Shown piece by piece: positions 27,001 to 41,269 of a stretch of 64,000 nt of DNA. The DNA is taken from assembly GCA_964016885.1 (NCBI GenBank), contig CAXHJY010001328.1, positions 62,001-126,000 of the forward strand, written 5' to 3'. Made by a program: the position numbers and the translations under genes. The notes under the pieces are model-generated. The model worked only from the letters and a program-made list of their open reading frames with translations. It was not told the origin of the DNA and did no database searches. Position 1 is the stretch's first letter. The number at the start of each line of letters is the position of its first letter. Source of the DNA: Eledone cirrhosa. Its lineage: Eukaryota.

Positions 27001-28640
27001 GAGGGCATACCTCTATATTTTCTTTTGTTGCATGAAGTTTTGTTAGGTGAAGAGGTGCAGGCATGGCTGAGTGTTTAAGAAGTTAATTTTTCAGCCACAT
27101 GGATTTTGGTTCAGTCACATTGCATGGTACCTTTAACAAGTGCCTTCTACTAGAGCCTTGGCTTGACCAGAGTGGAATTTGTTAGACAGTAATATAAATA
27201 TATAGGTTATGAACTAACAGCACCAGTTGTTAAGCAATATAAACATAAACACAGATATATTCAGGAACCAATAAACACATATACATGTGTACACATGTAT
27301 ATGTGTACACATGTATATATGTAAACATGTATATGTGTACACATGTTTATGTGTACACATGTATATGTGTGTGAACCTTTTAACATCATGACTGTGCTTG
27401 CCCCCATGTGTGAAATAAAGTGGGAAAATGCATAAATAAAACAACTAAAAAAACTCAGATTAATTACATATTCATTCAGGTAGAACATTGTTATGTAGCT
27501 GATCAAATTTAGTAACCATAGCATCCAAATCGATTTTAATACACATTATGAAGTGGATAGATATTTTTACTGAATCGAAACTTATTGATGTTTTCTACCC
27601 GTTTTTCATTCCCTACTGGATCAACAACTCAGGTAGTTTTAAGTTTACCTGTCTACATTGGCCAGGTGAAGGTTGGAAAGCGGGTGCTCCTTGGGTCAGG
27701 TGGTTAGCTGTGGCAATTGGCACCTACGTGGAATTTGAACTCAACATGTAAAGAGCTGGAATACATATTTAAGGAATCTTGTCCAATACACTAACAAATT
27801 TCATGAATCCATTGCTCAGGTCAGGTATTTTATTTATTGACCTTGAATAAAATAAGGGCAAAGTTTGACTTAGGTAGAATTAGAACTTAGAGCAGAGAAC
27901 TAGAATGACTACTACAAAACATTCCATACAATGCTTTAACTCTGCCAATTTACCACTTTACTCACTGAACACCTCCATAATTTAGAGACATAAATGTTAT
28001 GACAGAAATGTCCATTTTTAAACACATCAAGACAACTGTGTTATTTCCTATCACAAAATTTTGCAGTGAAGTGACATTTGTTACTTTAGTATGACATACA
28101 ATATTCAATGATTGTTTAGCAAACCAGTAACCAAAGAAGTTCCAGTTTGTCCTAAGTAAGGAGCAGGTCTCATGATGGAAAGTTTGATGTAGTTCAGGGC
28201 CAGGTTAAGGCTTGCATGGAAAATATGAAGATAAGAACAGAGAATGTTTAGGAAGTTGGCAGAGTGATTAGGGGACAAAATAGTTTGCAGTATTTCTTCT
28301 GGATCTCTGAGTTCAAACCTTGCAAGGATCAACTTCGCCTTTGGGGGTCGATAACATAAAGTACCAGTCAAAGGCAGTGAATTGTTAGGTCAGATGAGTT
28401 ATGTAAGGAAGGAGATATGGATATGAACATTTTGATCAATCTTGGAAAGGCATTGATCTCTAGCAAGACATGGTACATTATATTAAACAGGTAGAGAACA
28501 CACACACATACGTGCAGACACACACACACACACACATTGAGATCTGATCTGCAGATTAGAGCAGCTCAGAAGTGAGAAAAAATTCAACATTAAAGACAGA
28601 GTATTGTATAAATAGATTTATTCATATTCTTACAATATAT

Positions 28641-28711
<71 letters not shown>

Positions 28712-29109
28712 CACACACAAATAATAACATTCAAGAAGTTATAAAGGTCCAATAATTGAGAGAGAGAAATTTAAAATTGTGAAGTTCATGCATTTCATAA
28801 TGAGTAATAATGTAGAGGAGAAAAAGGAAGTATCTGAAATTAAGGTAACAAACTATGTTAAAGACCTGTTTTTCAAGGGAGCTTACTGGTCAACAGCAGA
28901 CACACACGTAGAAATATCTGGAGTGAAAAAAGAAAAAGGATAGCAATACTCAATCGGGAAGAGGGCTGATAGATTATATTATTTATTTAGGTTCATACAC
29001 GGAATTAAATTTTGATCCCTCTTATATTCTGGTGATATAATCAATGTTGGGCCTTGAAACCTTAGGTAGCACTTTTGTTCTGTGTATGAAAATCAATAAA
29101 TAATATAAT

Positions 29110-29785
29110 ACATGTAATAAATGACTAATAACTTTCAAAAGACCAGTTCAATGTGGTATAAATATAGAAAATAAAACAAAGTAATGAGAGTTCAGGACTT
29201 ATACCATCTTTTCAAATGTGAAATGGAAATGGTTCAAAACAAAAATGAATGATTGATGTGTTCTTCCTTAACTGCATGAGAGCATTTGTGTTCTACAAGT
29301 CACATGTAAAAAAATGTAGCTCCTTGTACATCAGAAGTACTGTCTGGATGCTGCACATACGGATCAAGGAGCATATGACAACAAAAGCTTCTTCTGTTAA
29401 AAAACATCTTGTTAGATGACACAGCCAAGACATTGAGGTCACCATAGAGGCAACGGAAAGGAATGTGAGCAAGTTAAGAATCAAAAAGGCCATTATCACC
29501 AACAAGAAAAAACAGAGATAAATAATAGAGTGGAAATACGCGAAACAGATTGGCTACTATAACCTTTCTACACTTGTGTATTTCAGACATGTAGACCAGT
29601 TAAGGAAGAACACACCAGTTGTTTGTTTTTGTTTTCAACCATTTCCATTTCACATTTGAAAAGAGAGTATTACCCTGAAATATGTTGAAATATACTGAGT
29701 AAAACATTGTTTGGTTTGTAATCCTTTGCCCATTATTTCAACCACATTGTAATAACCTTTAGAAACTTAGTCATTTATTACATAT
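29110..29785 (+). mobile_element. Old Penelope-like remnant: GIY-YIG fragment between inverted arms
   Basis: ~29296-29415 reads QVTCKKCSSLYIRSTVWMLHIRIKEH...VKKHL; inverted matches 29209-29246 / 29626-29663 and 29112-29128 / 29767-29783. Confidence 0.6.
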
Positions 29786-29818
29786 CTCACAATACTTTGT
29801 ATTAATTAACTATTCTAA

Positions 29819-29982
29819 CATCGGTAGAGGGTCGGACGTCATGCTTTGCAGCAAAGAGTTACGGATCTTTATGGTCTGAGTTCAAATCCTGCCGAGGTTA
29901 ACTTTGGCTTTCATCCTTACGAGGTTGATAAAATAAAGTACCAGTAATGCACTGGGATAATTGTCGGCCTTGTGCCAAAAGT
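29819..29982 (+). mobile_element. tRNA-derived SINE (family A), truncated
   Basis: Same body as 12264-12453. Confidence 0.8.
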
Positions 29983-30108
29983 ATATATACATATATACAT
30001 ATATATATATACATATATATATACATATACACATATACATATATACATATATACATATACATATATATATACATATACATATATACATATATATATATAT
30101 ATACATAT

Positions 30109-30183
<75 letters not shown>

Positions 30184-30221
30184 CATATATATACATACAT
30201 ATACATATATACATATATATA

Positions 30222-30755
30222 TATAGAAGACCCGCCTTACCTAAATACAAAGTAAAACCTACTACAGTCAGTAGGCATCTCTAACAAAATACACCCCCGT
30301 CCCACCACCCCCACCCCATCCAAACCGCCCCTTTCAATGTAAAGTTATGTTGGTACCACAACATCCAGTCCGAAACAAATGAGGTCATGTAGGTGTCACG
30401 ACAAAAAAACACACAGTTCACGCTGTAATGTGGCCATGTAGGCAACACGGTAAAAACCTCCTAGCCCCACACTATAAATGTGGTTGGTGTTAGGAAGGGC
30501 ATCCAGCTGTAGAAAACCCGCCAGACAGTCCACGCTGTAATGTGGCCGTGTAGGCAACACGGTAAAAACCTCCCAGCCCCACACTGTAAATGTGGTTGGT
30601 GTTAGGAAGAGCATCCAGCTGTAGAATACCCGCCAGATAGTCCTATGCGAGCAAGATAATCACTCTTGCCTCAAGTGGCAAAACCCCCATCCAAACCCAT
30701 GCAAGCGTGGAACACGAACGTTAAACGTTGATGATGATGATGATGATGATGATGA
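30222..30755 (+). mobile_element. RTE LINE 3' UTR-only insertion with ~110-bp internal tandem duplication
   Basis: Matches 20980-21385; segment ~30413-30525 is repeated at ~30525-30640. Confidence 0.88.
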
Positions 30756-30760
30756 TATAT

Positions 30761-30791
<31 letters not shown>

Positions 30792-30798
30792 CATACAT

Positions 30799-30829
<31 letters not shown>

Positions 30830-30850
30830 TACATACATATACATATATAC

Positions 30851-30913
<63 letters not shown>

Positions 30914-31115
30914 TACATACATATATACATATATACATACATATATACATATATACATATATATATACATATATATATACATATATACATATATATATAC
31001 ATATATACATACATATATACATACATATATACATATATATATACATATATACATATATATATACATATACATATATATATATACATATATATATATACAT
31101 ATATATATACATTTT

Positions 31116-31197
<82 letters not shown>

Positions 31198-31338
31198 TAC
31201 ATATATATACATATATATATATATATACATATATATATACATATATACATGTATATACATATATATATATATATATATATACATATATATACATATATAC
31301 ATATATACATATATATACATATATATACATATATACAT
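30756..31338. repeat. (TA)n/(TACA) compound microsatellite (one of many)
   Basis: Similar arrays at 29983-30223, 41015-41268, 41615-42010, 45734-46058, 46475-47368, 52875-53412, 53667-54880, 55420-56896 and 62553-63664. Confidence 0.97.
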
Positions 31339-32102
31339 AATTAACACTTAACATTTAATATTCTATCATAGTATTTCATTATAATACCATTATAAATTTT
31401 AAAGGATTGTAAATAAAACGAGTAAATCAGACAAAGTTGGAATTCCTCTTATTAATATAATCTTCTATACACAATCATACACACCCGTGTATATTTATCT
31501 ATCTCTCTCTATATATATTCCTATTGTGTATATGCCAACATGTCTGGAAAGCAACAAAATAAATCAACAGAATCAGAAAGAATTCTAAAGGAGATATCAT
31601 CGAAATTATCAACACTTATCACGATGATTGACACACAATCCTCTATTTTAAAGGAAATAGAAAAACAATCTACAGACGGAAAACTTATAACTGAACATAT
31701 AAAGTCTGAAATTAAGAATGTAGCTGAAATTATACCAACAGTTATCAAAGATACAAGAGAAAACCTACCACAACCCCCTTGGATGTCAGAACTAAACGAA
31801 AGAAATTTGGAAAACAAAACACTTTGAATAAGAAAAGAAATGTGGAAGACATGGAAAACATTTCTTAACATAAGAAAACAAAACTTCTGGAAAGCATACA
31901 AATGCGAAAAATATGTCGAAACACATTCGAAATGGCTCTCTCTAACGGCACCCATACTCCCTCGTAAATACCTAATTACAGAAATTGCAGGAGAACCAGA
32001 AGAAGAAACAAAACTCCGATGGGAACTTACATTGACAAAATTCAGGACCGACATCTCCATTTCTCAATGTAAACAATCCCGCTACAAAGCCAAATATGAA
32101 GC

Positions 32103-33695
32103 TGTAGCAGTTGCCTCCCCTGTGACTCACAACCCCAATAGATTAACAACATCTAGACGGGAAGTAGAACCCTTTCTGTAACTTCCGGTCAGAACCCTAT
32201 AAAACTAACAACTTTAAGTTCTCACTCTCTCATTTGCCCTTCCGGCGCCTGGCCTTCGCCAGGCGTCTTCTGCCAGCCTGCGTTTGCCTGGCAATCAAAA
32301 CGGTAACTACTAACTTTGCTCCATTCTTTCGTTTATTCATTGACATGTCAACTATACTGTTAAATTGTTGATTAAATATTATACACACAAACCATGTCTC
32401 CTTGTTACATTCATACAACCCAGTATCTCCGCTATATTGGTGACCCCGACGTGATAATGTGTCTGCAATTATGTTGTGCGAACCGGCAATGTGCTGGATA
32501 TCGTTTGTAAATTGTGAAACGTAGTCCAGGTGCCTTATCTCTCTGGGCGAATATCTGTCGGCTTTGGCCCTCAAAGCGAAGGTCAACGGTTTGTGGTCGG
32601 TAAAAACCGTAAAATTTCTCCCCTCAAGGATATGAAAGAAATGTTTCACCGACAGATATATGGCTAGTAATTCCCGCCCAAACGTGCTATAACGCGTTTC
32701 TGCTGGTTTCAACTTCCTCGAGAAAAATGCCAAAGGTTGTTGGTTTTCCGCGTAAGACTGCTGTAAAACTGCTCCCACAGCGGTATCAGATGCATCAACA
32801 CAAAGCGAAAGCTTGGCCTCTGGTACCTGGTGGGCTAGCAAAGAAGAACTAGCGAGGGCTGTCTTGGCAGACTGGAAGTCCTGAAGCTGTCCTTGTGTCA
32901 AGGAAATGTCTTCATTCTTCTTACGACGATTTTTTTAAATGTCAGTAAGGGAAGATAACCAATTAGCACAAGCCAGAGAATTTATTTTTGCAGCACTCTT
33001 CCTGTGAGAAAATCCATTCGGAGGTTGGAAATTTCACGACATACCACAGAACAGAAACCACCTGCATTCATTCTCTGGAACACACTTTCTTTCCTGCTGT
33101 CATGTGATTGCACACCTGTGAACTATATTTTGTACATTTGAACTTTGAGCTCTTCTCTTACTTTATTACATTGTATCTTTGGGTGATGGATAGATAGATG
33201 TCCAGCCGTTCTCTGGCCAAGAGCGGTTGGCTACCTTGACATCTATCATTGATTTTTGCAAACATTCTTTTGTCGTAATTTTCATGCCTGTTACAACATT
33301 CTCGCCAACTTGCTACATATTTCATTCGATTTTTATATTCTAAAATTCTGGCGTGAGGTTATGTAGCAGTTGCCTCCCTTGTGACTCACAACCCCAATAG
33401 ATTAACAACATCTAGACGGGAAGTAGAACCCTTTCTGTAACTTCCGGTCAGAACCCTATAAAACTAACAACTTTAAGTTCTCACTCTCTCATTTGCCCTT
33501 CCGGCGCCTGGCCTTCGCCAGGCGTCTTCTGCCAGCCTGCGTTTGCCTGGCAATCAAAACGGTAACTACTAACTTTGCTCCATTCTTTCGTTTATTCATT
33601 GACATGTCAACTATACTGTTAAATTGTTGATTAAATATTATACACACAAACCATGTCTCCTTGTTACATTCATACAACCCAGTATCTCCGCTATA
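32103..33695 (+). mobile_element. Non-autonomous LTR retrotransposon 1 (Gypsy-derived)
   Basis: Near-identical 334-bp LTRs 32103-32436 / 33362-33695 (TGTAGC...GCTATA); AAGC TSD; 18-nt tRNA-Trp PBS TGGTGACCCCGACGTGAT. Confidence 0.93.
32449..32940 (-). pseudogene. Gypsy RT-connection/RNase H fragment, antisense to its LTRs
   Basis: LCVDASDTAVGAVLQQ, FFSRKL..AETRYSTFGRELLAIY, VFTDHKPL, HIAGSHNIIADTLSR. Confidence 0.92.
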
Positions 33696-35980
33696 AAGCT
33701 ATCGATGACCAAATTGAAGTTGAAATGTCAAAGCTAACGACTGGTATTATAGCTGAAAAACTACGAGAACTATGGATCAGAGATATCTCAAAAGAAGAAA
33801 ACAAATCAAGAAAGGTATGGCAGCAGAAGCAATTATTTCTCGACGAATATGCTGCAAATTACGGTAAAGACTCGGGAACCCTGAGAAAAAGCATTAAAAG
33901 TGGACAATCTCACCAACACAACATACGCCAGAACACGTGCCAACACAAACACTCACCTTACCTTGAATCAAAGAAGAACTGCGGTAATAACTCTTCGTTT
34001 TTTCTACAAAAACACCCTATCGCACACAACATGAACAAAAAGCACAAACACGATAGATATTCCTTTGACCAGACCATGAGAAGTAGTAAAACCAGGAGAT
34101 CATTCTCAAGATCTCAACAGAGACTACCCACAAGGAATGTGGAAACAAAACGTAGAATAACCAGATCACTCTCAAGATCTCAACAGAGATTACCCACAAG
34201 AAATGGAAAAATAATATACATAATACCAAAAATAGGACAAAATACATAACGAAACCAAATATAATATCACGACCAAAAGTTCATCAAGCGAACACCAACA
34301 GGAATATAAATCCTGAACAGAGAAAAATCCATTTTTTAACGTCAGGACAACAAAAACTGGAAAAAGAAAAACTCCAGAAGGAAACATACCCAAAACAACT
34401 GTACCCGTAGATCCTAAAATAATTAATTTATCCAAAAGAGATCTTGACAATGATGAAATGCAAATTCTGTCAAAAGGACTGAAATTCACACCGACTCCTA
34501 CAGTCAACCACCAAGAACTGAAGGAGGATACCCAAGAATTCTGTCGAAAATTACGTCTTGTAGAATTCTTCGCTGATAAAAGTAATGAGAGTGATGAATC
34601 ACTAGTAAAGAATAAATCAAATTTCACTCCCCCAAAAGGAAGAAATATCTATCTCGACCAATACATTGATATCCTGTTTAAATTTCCTCTTAGACGTAAT
34701 ACTAATGTTAGACCAAACATTAACAAATCAGAAATGTCTGCACTTAAACGTATACAAAATGATAAAACAATAATAATTAAACAAGCAGATAAAGGGGGTG
34801 CAGTTGTTATAATGGATGCTGAATACTACAAGGATTTGGTTGAGGAACAACTGAAAGACACAACATTCTATCATGAAATACCGTCAAATATAGACCACAA
34901 CATCATGAAGAAGATCAACAACCTGGCTTCAAAATACCACAACTCACTTACTGATAAGGAAAGAGACTACATCACTAATTTTGAGCCAAAACCCAGCAAC
35001 CTGTATGGCCTACCGAAAGTTCATAAGTCAAAAGAAATACAACTGGCAGTAAGAGAACAAAACAGTGAGTACATTAAATTACTACACCCAAAAGACTTAA
35101 AACTTAGACCTATTATAGCTGGTCCAACATGCCCACCCACCGTCTAAGCAATTTTGTTGACATTATTTTGAAACCACTATGTATTCACATAGCCAGTTTC
35201 ATCCGGGATGATATCGACTTCCTGTCCCATCTTCCCAAAACCACGGAAACGAATTCACTTCTACTTAGTTTTGATGTGGTAAGCCTTTACACCAACATTA
35301 CACATGATTTAGGAATAAAGGCGGTTAAATACTGGGTGGAAAAACATAGAGAAGTGATTCCCATCAGATTCACAGCGCCATTTATATTAGACGCAGTTAA
35401 ACTTATTCTGGAAAACAACACGAAGTTTTCTCCCGTTTACGCGAACTCTGTAATGGGATACTTAGAACAACAACTCTACCAAGAAATAGAGGAAAAATAT
35501 AGTACTGACTTTAGAAAGTACATTGAAAAATCTTGGAAGAGATACCTTGACTACTGTTTCATCATCTGGACAGAATCTCTAGATACTCTGGATGAGTTCA
35601 ATATCCTCCTGAATAACCTACACCCATCTCTCCAATTCACAAAAGAGATGAGTAGGACCAAATTACCATTCCTAGATATAATGATAATCAAAAACGACAC
35701 CACCATTACCACGGATATATATTATAAACACACAGACACCCATCAATATCTGAATTTTAAGTCGTGCCATCCACCTCATACAAAACGCAACATCCCATAC
35801 TGCCTAGCCAGAAGAATTTGTACCATTGTAGAAGATACGAATACCATGTACAAACGCCTAACAGAACTAAGAGAATTTTTGCTCAAACAAAAATACCCAT
35901 CTCTACTTATAGAAAATGGCATACAGTGGGCTTTAAAAATACCTATACAACAACTTAGGACAACCCAAGGAAGAAGAAAC

Positions 35981-38111
35981 TGTAGCAAGAGTTGCCTCCC
36001 TTGTCATGACAATCACATCACCGCTCTCTAGACAGGAAGTAGCTGGAGTTACTTCCCGTTGGAGTGATAGAACCCTTTTTGTCACTTCCGGCCGGACCCT
36101 ATAAAAGGAACAGGTTAGGACGATCTCTCCCTCTCGCCTCCTGAATCCCAAAGTGTTAGCAACACCTGTGACCTTGTCATGAAATGATTCCTCTCTCATT
36201 TGCCTTTTCGGCCAGGCGTCTTCGGCCAGCCGCGTTCGCCTGGCAACCAAACGGTAACTAATAACTTTGCTTCATTCTTTCATCTATTCATTGACATGTC
36301 AACTATACTGTTCTATATAACCACAAATTGTTGATTAAATATTATACACACAAACCACGTCTCTCTTGTTATATTCATACACACCAGTAAATTGCTATAA
36401 GTGGTGACCCCGAAAAAAAGAAAAAAATAGCAGAATCTGGTGTTGTGTGAGTAACATTACGAATACGCAGCAAATTGTATTGACAAACTAGGAAAATACG
36501 CAGACACAGAAATGAACACACGCACATGTGAAATTCTCGTTCAGGCAGACTCTTTTTCTCTTACAAACGTGTCGTACATCAACTAACTCTCGCATTTCAC
36601 TGTATATATATATATAAGAAATTTGTTTTTTTTTACACATTTCAACATGAACATTTATTTTCGATGAATCTCAACTATTGCCTTTTTTCATCGTTTTCTT
36701 CATCGTTCAAGTTTTTTTCATCGTTCACAAAAAGAATTGAACTCGCCATATTTGTTATACTAAGTGAAGCCTTTCTTTCTTTTTCATCATATTGTCACTT
36801 TCACACACACATTTTTTCAAAATGGCTGCCAACGACCTGTTGCACTATCATTTTCGCGCCATTTTCTCGCGCAATAGAAATATTTTTTTTTCAACTTAAC
36901 CTTGTTTTGGCACGTGTAGGCAGCACAATTCTCGACTCACGGAGATAACCACACGCCACAGATAACGTTTCTCGCCAAGGATTCTCCAGCCTTAAGCTAT
37001 ATTCTCCTATTTGCCGGTTTAAAAATTTACCACGTAAATTTGCCGTTGAAAACTACGCATTTATTCAGAATGCTTATTTCTTTGGTCGCTGGCCTCTTGA
37101 CTCTTCCAGGTCAACGCATTCTCAACATCGACCATCAACTTCGGCTGTTATTTCTAGCACTTTTCGCAACTCATTTTTTCTTGAAAATTTTTTTACTGTG
37201 AATTTAAACATCGAATACGCTCACTCCGCGAGACAACTACATCAACAGCAAGACAGCTTCATCAACAACCAAAAACCAGCAGAACAAGCCAGAGAATTTA
37301 TTTCTGCAGCACTCTTCCTGTGAGAAATTCCCTTCGGAAGTTGGAAATTTCACGTTATACCGCAGACCAGAAACCACCTGCATTCATTCTCTGGAACACA
37401 TTCTTTCCTGCTGTCATGTGATTGCACACATGTGAACTGTATTTTGAACATTTGATCTCTTCTCTTACTTTGATTACATTGTATCTTTGAGTGATGGATA
37501 GATAGTTCTCTGGCCAAGAGCGGTTGGCTACCTTGATATCTATCATTGATTTTTGCATGCATATATTTTACGGTTTTCCTTTTATTGCAAATATTATTTT
37601 TTCTCATAATTTTCATGCCTCTTACATGCTCGCCATCTTACTCCATGCATGTTTCATTCGATTTTTATGTTTTAAAAATCTGGCGGAGGTAATGTAGCAA
37701 GAGTTGCCTCCCTTGTCATGACAATCACACCACCGCTCTCTAGACAGGAAGTAGCTGGAGTTACTTACCGTTGGGGTGATAGAACCCTTTTTGTCACTTC
37801 CGGCCGGACCCTATAAAAGGAACAGGTTAGGACGATCCCTCCCTCTCGCCTCCTGAATCCCAAAGTGTTAACAACACCTGCGACCTTGTCATGAGATGAT
37901 TCCTCTCTCATTTGCCTTTTCGGCCAGGCGTCTTCGGCCAGCCGCGTTCGCCTGGCAACCAAACGGTAACTAATAACTTTGCTTCATTCTTTCATCTATT
38001 CATTGGCATGGCAACTATACTGTTCTGTATAACCACAAATTGTTGATTAAATATTATACACACAAACCACGTCTCTCTTGTTATATTCATATACACCAGT
38101 AAATTGCTATA
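35981..38111 (+). mobile_element. Non-autonomous LTR retrotransposon 2 (TRIM/LARD-like)
   Basis: 419-bp LTRs 35981-36399 / 37693-38111 (TGTAGCAA...TTGCTATA); AAAC TSD; PBS TGGTGACCCCGA; purine-rich TGGCGGAGGTAA before the 3' LTR; no recognisable ORF inside. Confidence 0.93.
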
Positions 38112-39086
38112 AAACCAAGAACTGGTCATACCATTTATAATGACACACAACCCATGTCACCAGAATATCTTCAACACTGCCAAATAAACCTACCGATCAT
38201 TGCTCAAAGTAATGAATTAAAAGGCTTAATCACAGATCGATCTTTGACTCTTAGTAAAAGACAGCCGAAAAATTTGAAGCAATTACTAACAAAAGCAAAG
38301 TTTGACCTTAACAACAAAGACCAATCATTCACTGTATCTAAATGCAATGATAGTCGATGCGGCACATGTCAATCCATACACGCCGGGAATATATATGAAA
38401 ACAAAAACTGGAAAAATATTCCCAAATGCAAATATGAACTGCAAAAGCAGAAATCTAATTTACTGCATTAAATGCCCGAATTGTGAAGAACTATATGTCG
38501 GTCAAACTGGAAATGCACTATCGGAACGTGCACGGGTACACCATCAGCAAATCAGAGACCCAAATGTCCGTCAGATACCCCTAAGTAACCATCTAGCAAC
38601 ATGTGGTCAGGGAATATTTATAATATTCCCATTCTACAAATTACACAGCCCAAGTGAAATCAAGAGAAAAATCAAAGAAAAGAATTTTATTGATAAATTC
38701 AAACCCAAGCTAAATGAACAATAATAATGCTAAGGGGTATTACTTCTACTATGACTATGACTACGACCACTAACAACAACAATAATAATAATAAAAGTGA
38801 TGTTGATGGTGATGATTACTAGAAAATGCTATTTTCATCATTTCTAAAGATAGCAAAACAATTGATGCTTTGGATAGGATCAATTAGTGGTCGTTAGACA
38901 TGCTCAACCAACCGTGACGCCTAAATCAATCAGCTTTAGTAATTCAGTGAAACTACAGACCGATTGGTCGAAATACAGTTTGCAAGATTTAGCATTCTGG
39001 AGCCACTTTTCACTGTATATAAGGTACAAAATTTACCCATCTCATTTCAGTTGAAAATTGCAAACTTGACTGACACCACACATTAT

Positions 39087-39123
39087 GAACCTGAAGATTG
39101 CGAAAGCATGAAAGTACTTGTTC
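39087..39123 (+). ncRNA. Minimal hammerhead ribozyme in Penelope 3' pseudo-LTR
   Basis: gaac CTGAAGA t TGC GAAA GCA t GAAA GTAC TT^gttc; palindromic stem III AAGTACTT. Confidence 0.65.
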
Positions 39124-39288
39124 AATTAACACTTAACATTTAATATTCTATCATAGTATTTCATTATAATACCATTATAAATTTTAAAGGATTGTAAATA
39201 AAACGAGTAAATCAGAATAAGTTGGAATTCCTCTTATTAATATAATCTTCTATACACAATCATACACACCCGTGTATATTTATCTATC

Positions 39289-39321
<33 letters not shown>

Positions 39322-39967
39322 TTGTATTTGTATTAATTTGTATTAATAATTACATATATATATATATTTGTAATTTATATTTGTATTAATCTCCAGAGTC
39401 TAGCTATTGAGCAGTTAATTTTATTGATTTTTTCAGTTACTTATATTGACTGTTGAATAGCTCTGTTATATTTAACTAGTCTGTCGAGAGTTTTATTCGA
39501 TTTGTAATATTTTGCATTCTCGCAATAATACACAACTGAATCATTCGCTTAATAGAGGTGTTACCTCCCTTGCCGAATCCCACGAGGGGTCAGTAATAGC
39601 CACACTTTCTATAACATCTTGGAGTAAAACCCGGTGATAACACGACTTCCTTGTTCATCATCTCACCAGAAGCCCAACATTCTTTATGTAGGCGGACAGT
39701 ACCTGATTTTGGAGTCGCAGAAACCAATACTGGATTTTACCATCAGTCCAGGGTCCGGGAAAGTATCAACACATATATTTTTATTGTTTGACCCGAATTA
39801 CTTGGTCGTTTTGTTTTGGCTGAGCGGATGATATGTTTAACCATCATCTCAGTGTGTTTGGCCCTTAACGTATGTTGTAGCTCTGATTCATATGATTCAT
39901 CGAGCGCTTGCCACACATATCGGACGTTGATTTTCGTTAATTCCTGAGCTGAAAACGATTCTCACTA

Positions 39968-40035
<68 letters not shown>

Positions 40036-40066
40036 AGTGTAATTTTCTACACAAAGCGAAGGTTAT

Positions 40067-40337
40067 AGAGAAAATTGAGGTTGGTAATGGCACATGGAAT
40101 ATATAAGAGACAGAATACTTTTTTGTGAAAAAACATAATTTTATAAGGTAAGGAAATAATAAAGGGTATAAAAAATGACCGGTTTCGATGGGTCTGCAAA
40201 AGCCATCTTTTCAAATGTTGATTAATATTAAGAAAAATTAATAATACGAAGAGTTAAAATTTGAGACTTGAAAATTCAAGTATAAAATTCATTGTGGGAT
40301 TTCATAGCAGTTTTGGATGTATGTGTATGTATATATA

Positions 40338-40388
<51 letters not shown>

Positions 40389-40451
40389 ATGTGTATATAT
40401 ATATATGTGTGTGTGTGTATGTATATGTATGTGTGTGTGTATGTATGTGTG

Positions 40452-40490
<39 letters not shown>

Positions 40491-40983
40491 GTATATGTAT
40501 GTATGTGTGGATGAAGGTATGTGTGTATATATAGGTGTAAGTGCACTAAATCCCTTTCTATCACGCTCCACTCTCCTACCCATCACAGGAAGATATGTGT
40601 ATGTATATTGCTTCCACCTCCTCACTGACCAGCAGCTGGCGATTGCTAAATCTGACCTTTATAAAATAACCCACACCCCAAATAACTTCTCATTCATTAC
40701 CAGAAAGGGACACAGCAGTCAACCTGTTGTTGCTACCAAGATGAAAACTGCTATGAAATCCCACAATGAATTTTATACTTGAATTTTCAAGTCTCAAATT
40801 TTAACTCTTCGTATTATTAATTTTTCTTAATATTAATCAACATTTGAAAAGATGGCTTTTGCAGACCCATCGAAACCGGTCATTTTTTATACCCTTTATT
40901 ATTTCCTTACCTTATAAAATTATGTTTTTTCACAAAAAAGTATTCTGTCTCTTATATATTCCATGTGCCATTACCAACCTCAA

Positions 40984-40991
<8 letters not shown>
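40067..40991. mobile_element. ORF-less fold-back element with ~248-bp inverted arms (Penelope pLTR-like)
   Basis: 40067-40314 is the near-perfect reverse complement of 40744-40991; each arm carries a hammerhead motif; flanked by microsatellites. Confidence 0.8.
40839..40886 (+). ncRNA. Hammerhead candidate, U3-A8 core variant (mirror copy 40172-40219, - strand)
   Basis: aacat TTGAAAA GATGG cttttgcagac CCATC GAAAC CG GTC^atttt; stem I is weak. Confidence 0.55.
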
Positions 40992-41059
<68 letters not shown>

Positions 41060-41081
41060 ATATATACATATATATATATAC

Positions 41082-41259
<178 letters not shown>

Positions 41260-41269
41260 ACATATATAT

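Larger units (their letters stand above)
31339..39290 (+). mobile_element. Penelope-like element (Neptune/Penelope type), near full length, direct pseudo-LTRs, interrupted by two LTR elements
   Basis: Direct repeat 31339-31505 / 39124-39290. N-terminal ORF from 31540; RT motifs LSKGLKFTPTP, IKQADKGG, LYGLPKVHK, SFDVVSLYTNI, WKRYLD; CNDSRCGTC linker; GIY-YIG NLIYCIKC...YVGQT ending 38724. Several stops and frameshifts. Confidence 0.93.

Noticed and set aside
32230-32448. C-terminal extension of the RNase H ORF (also ORF 33489-33677)
   Set aside because: Read-through into the antisense LTR; no protein motif.
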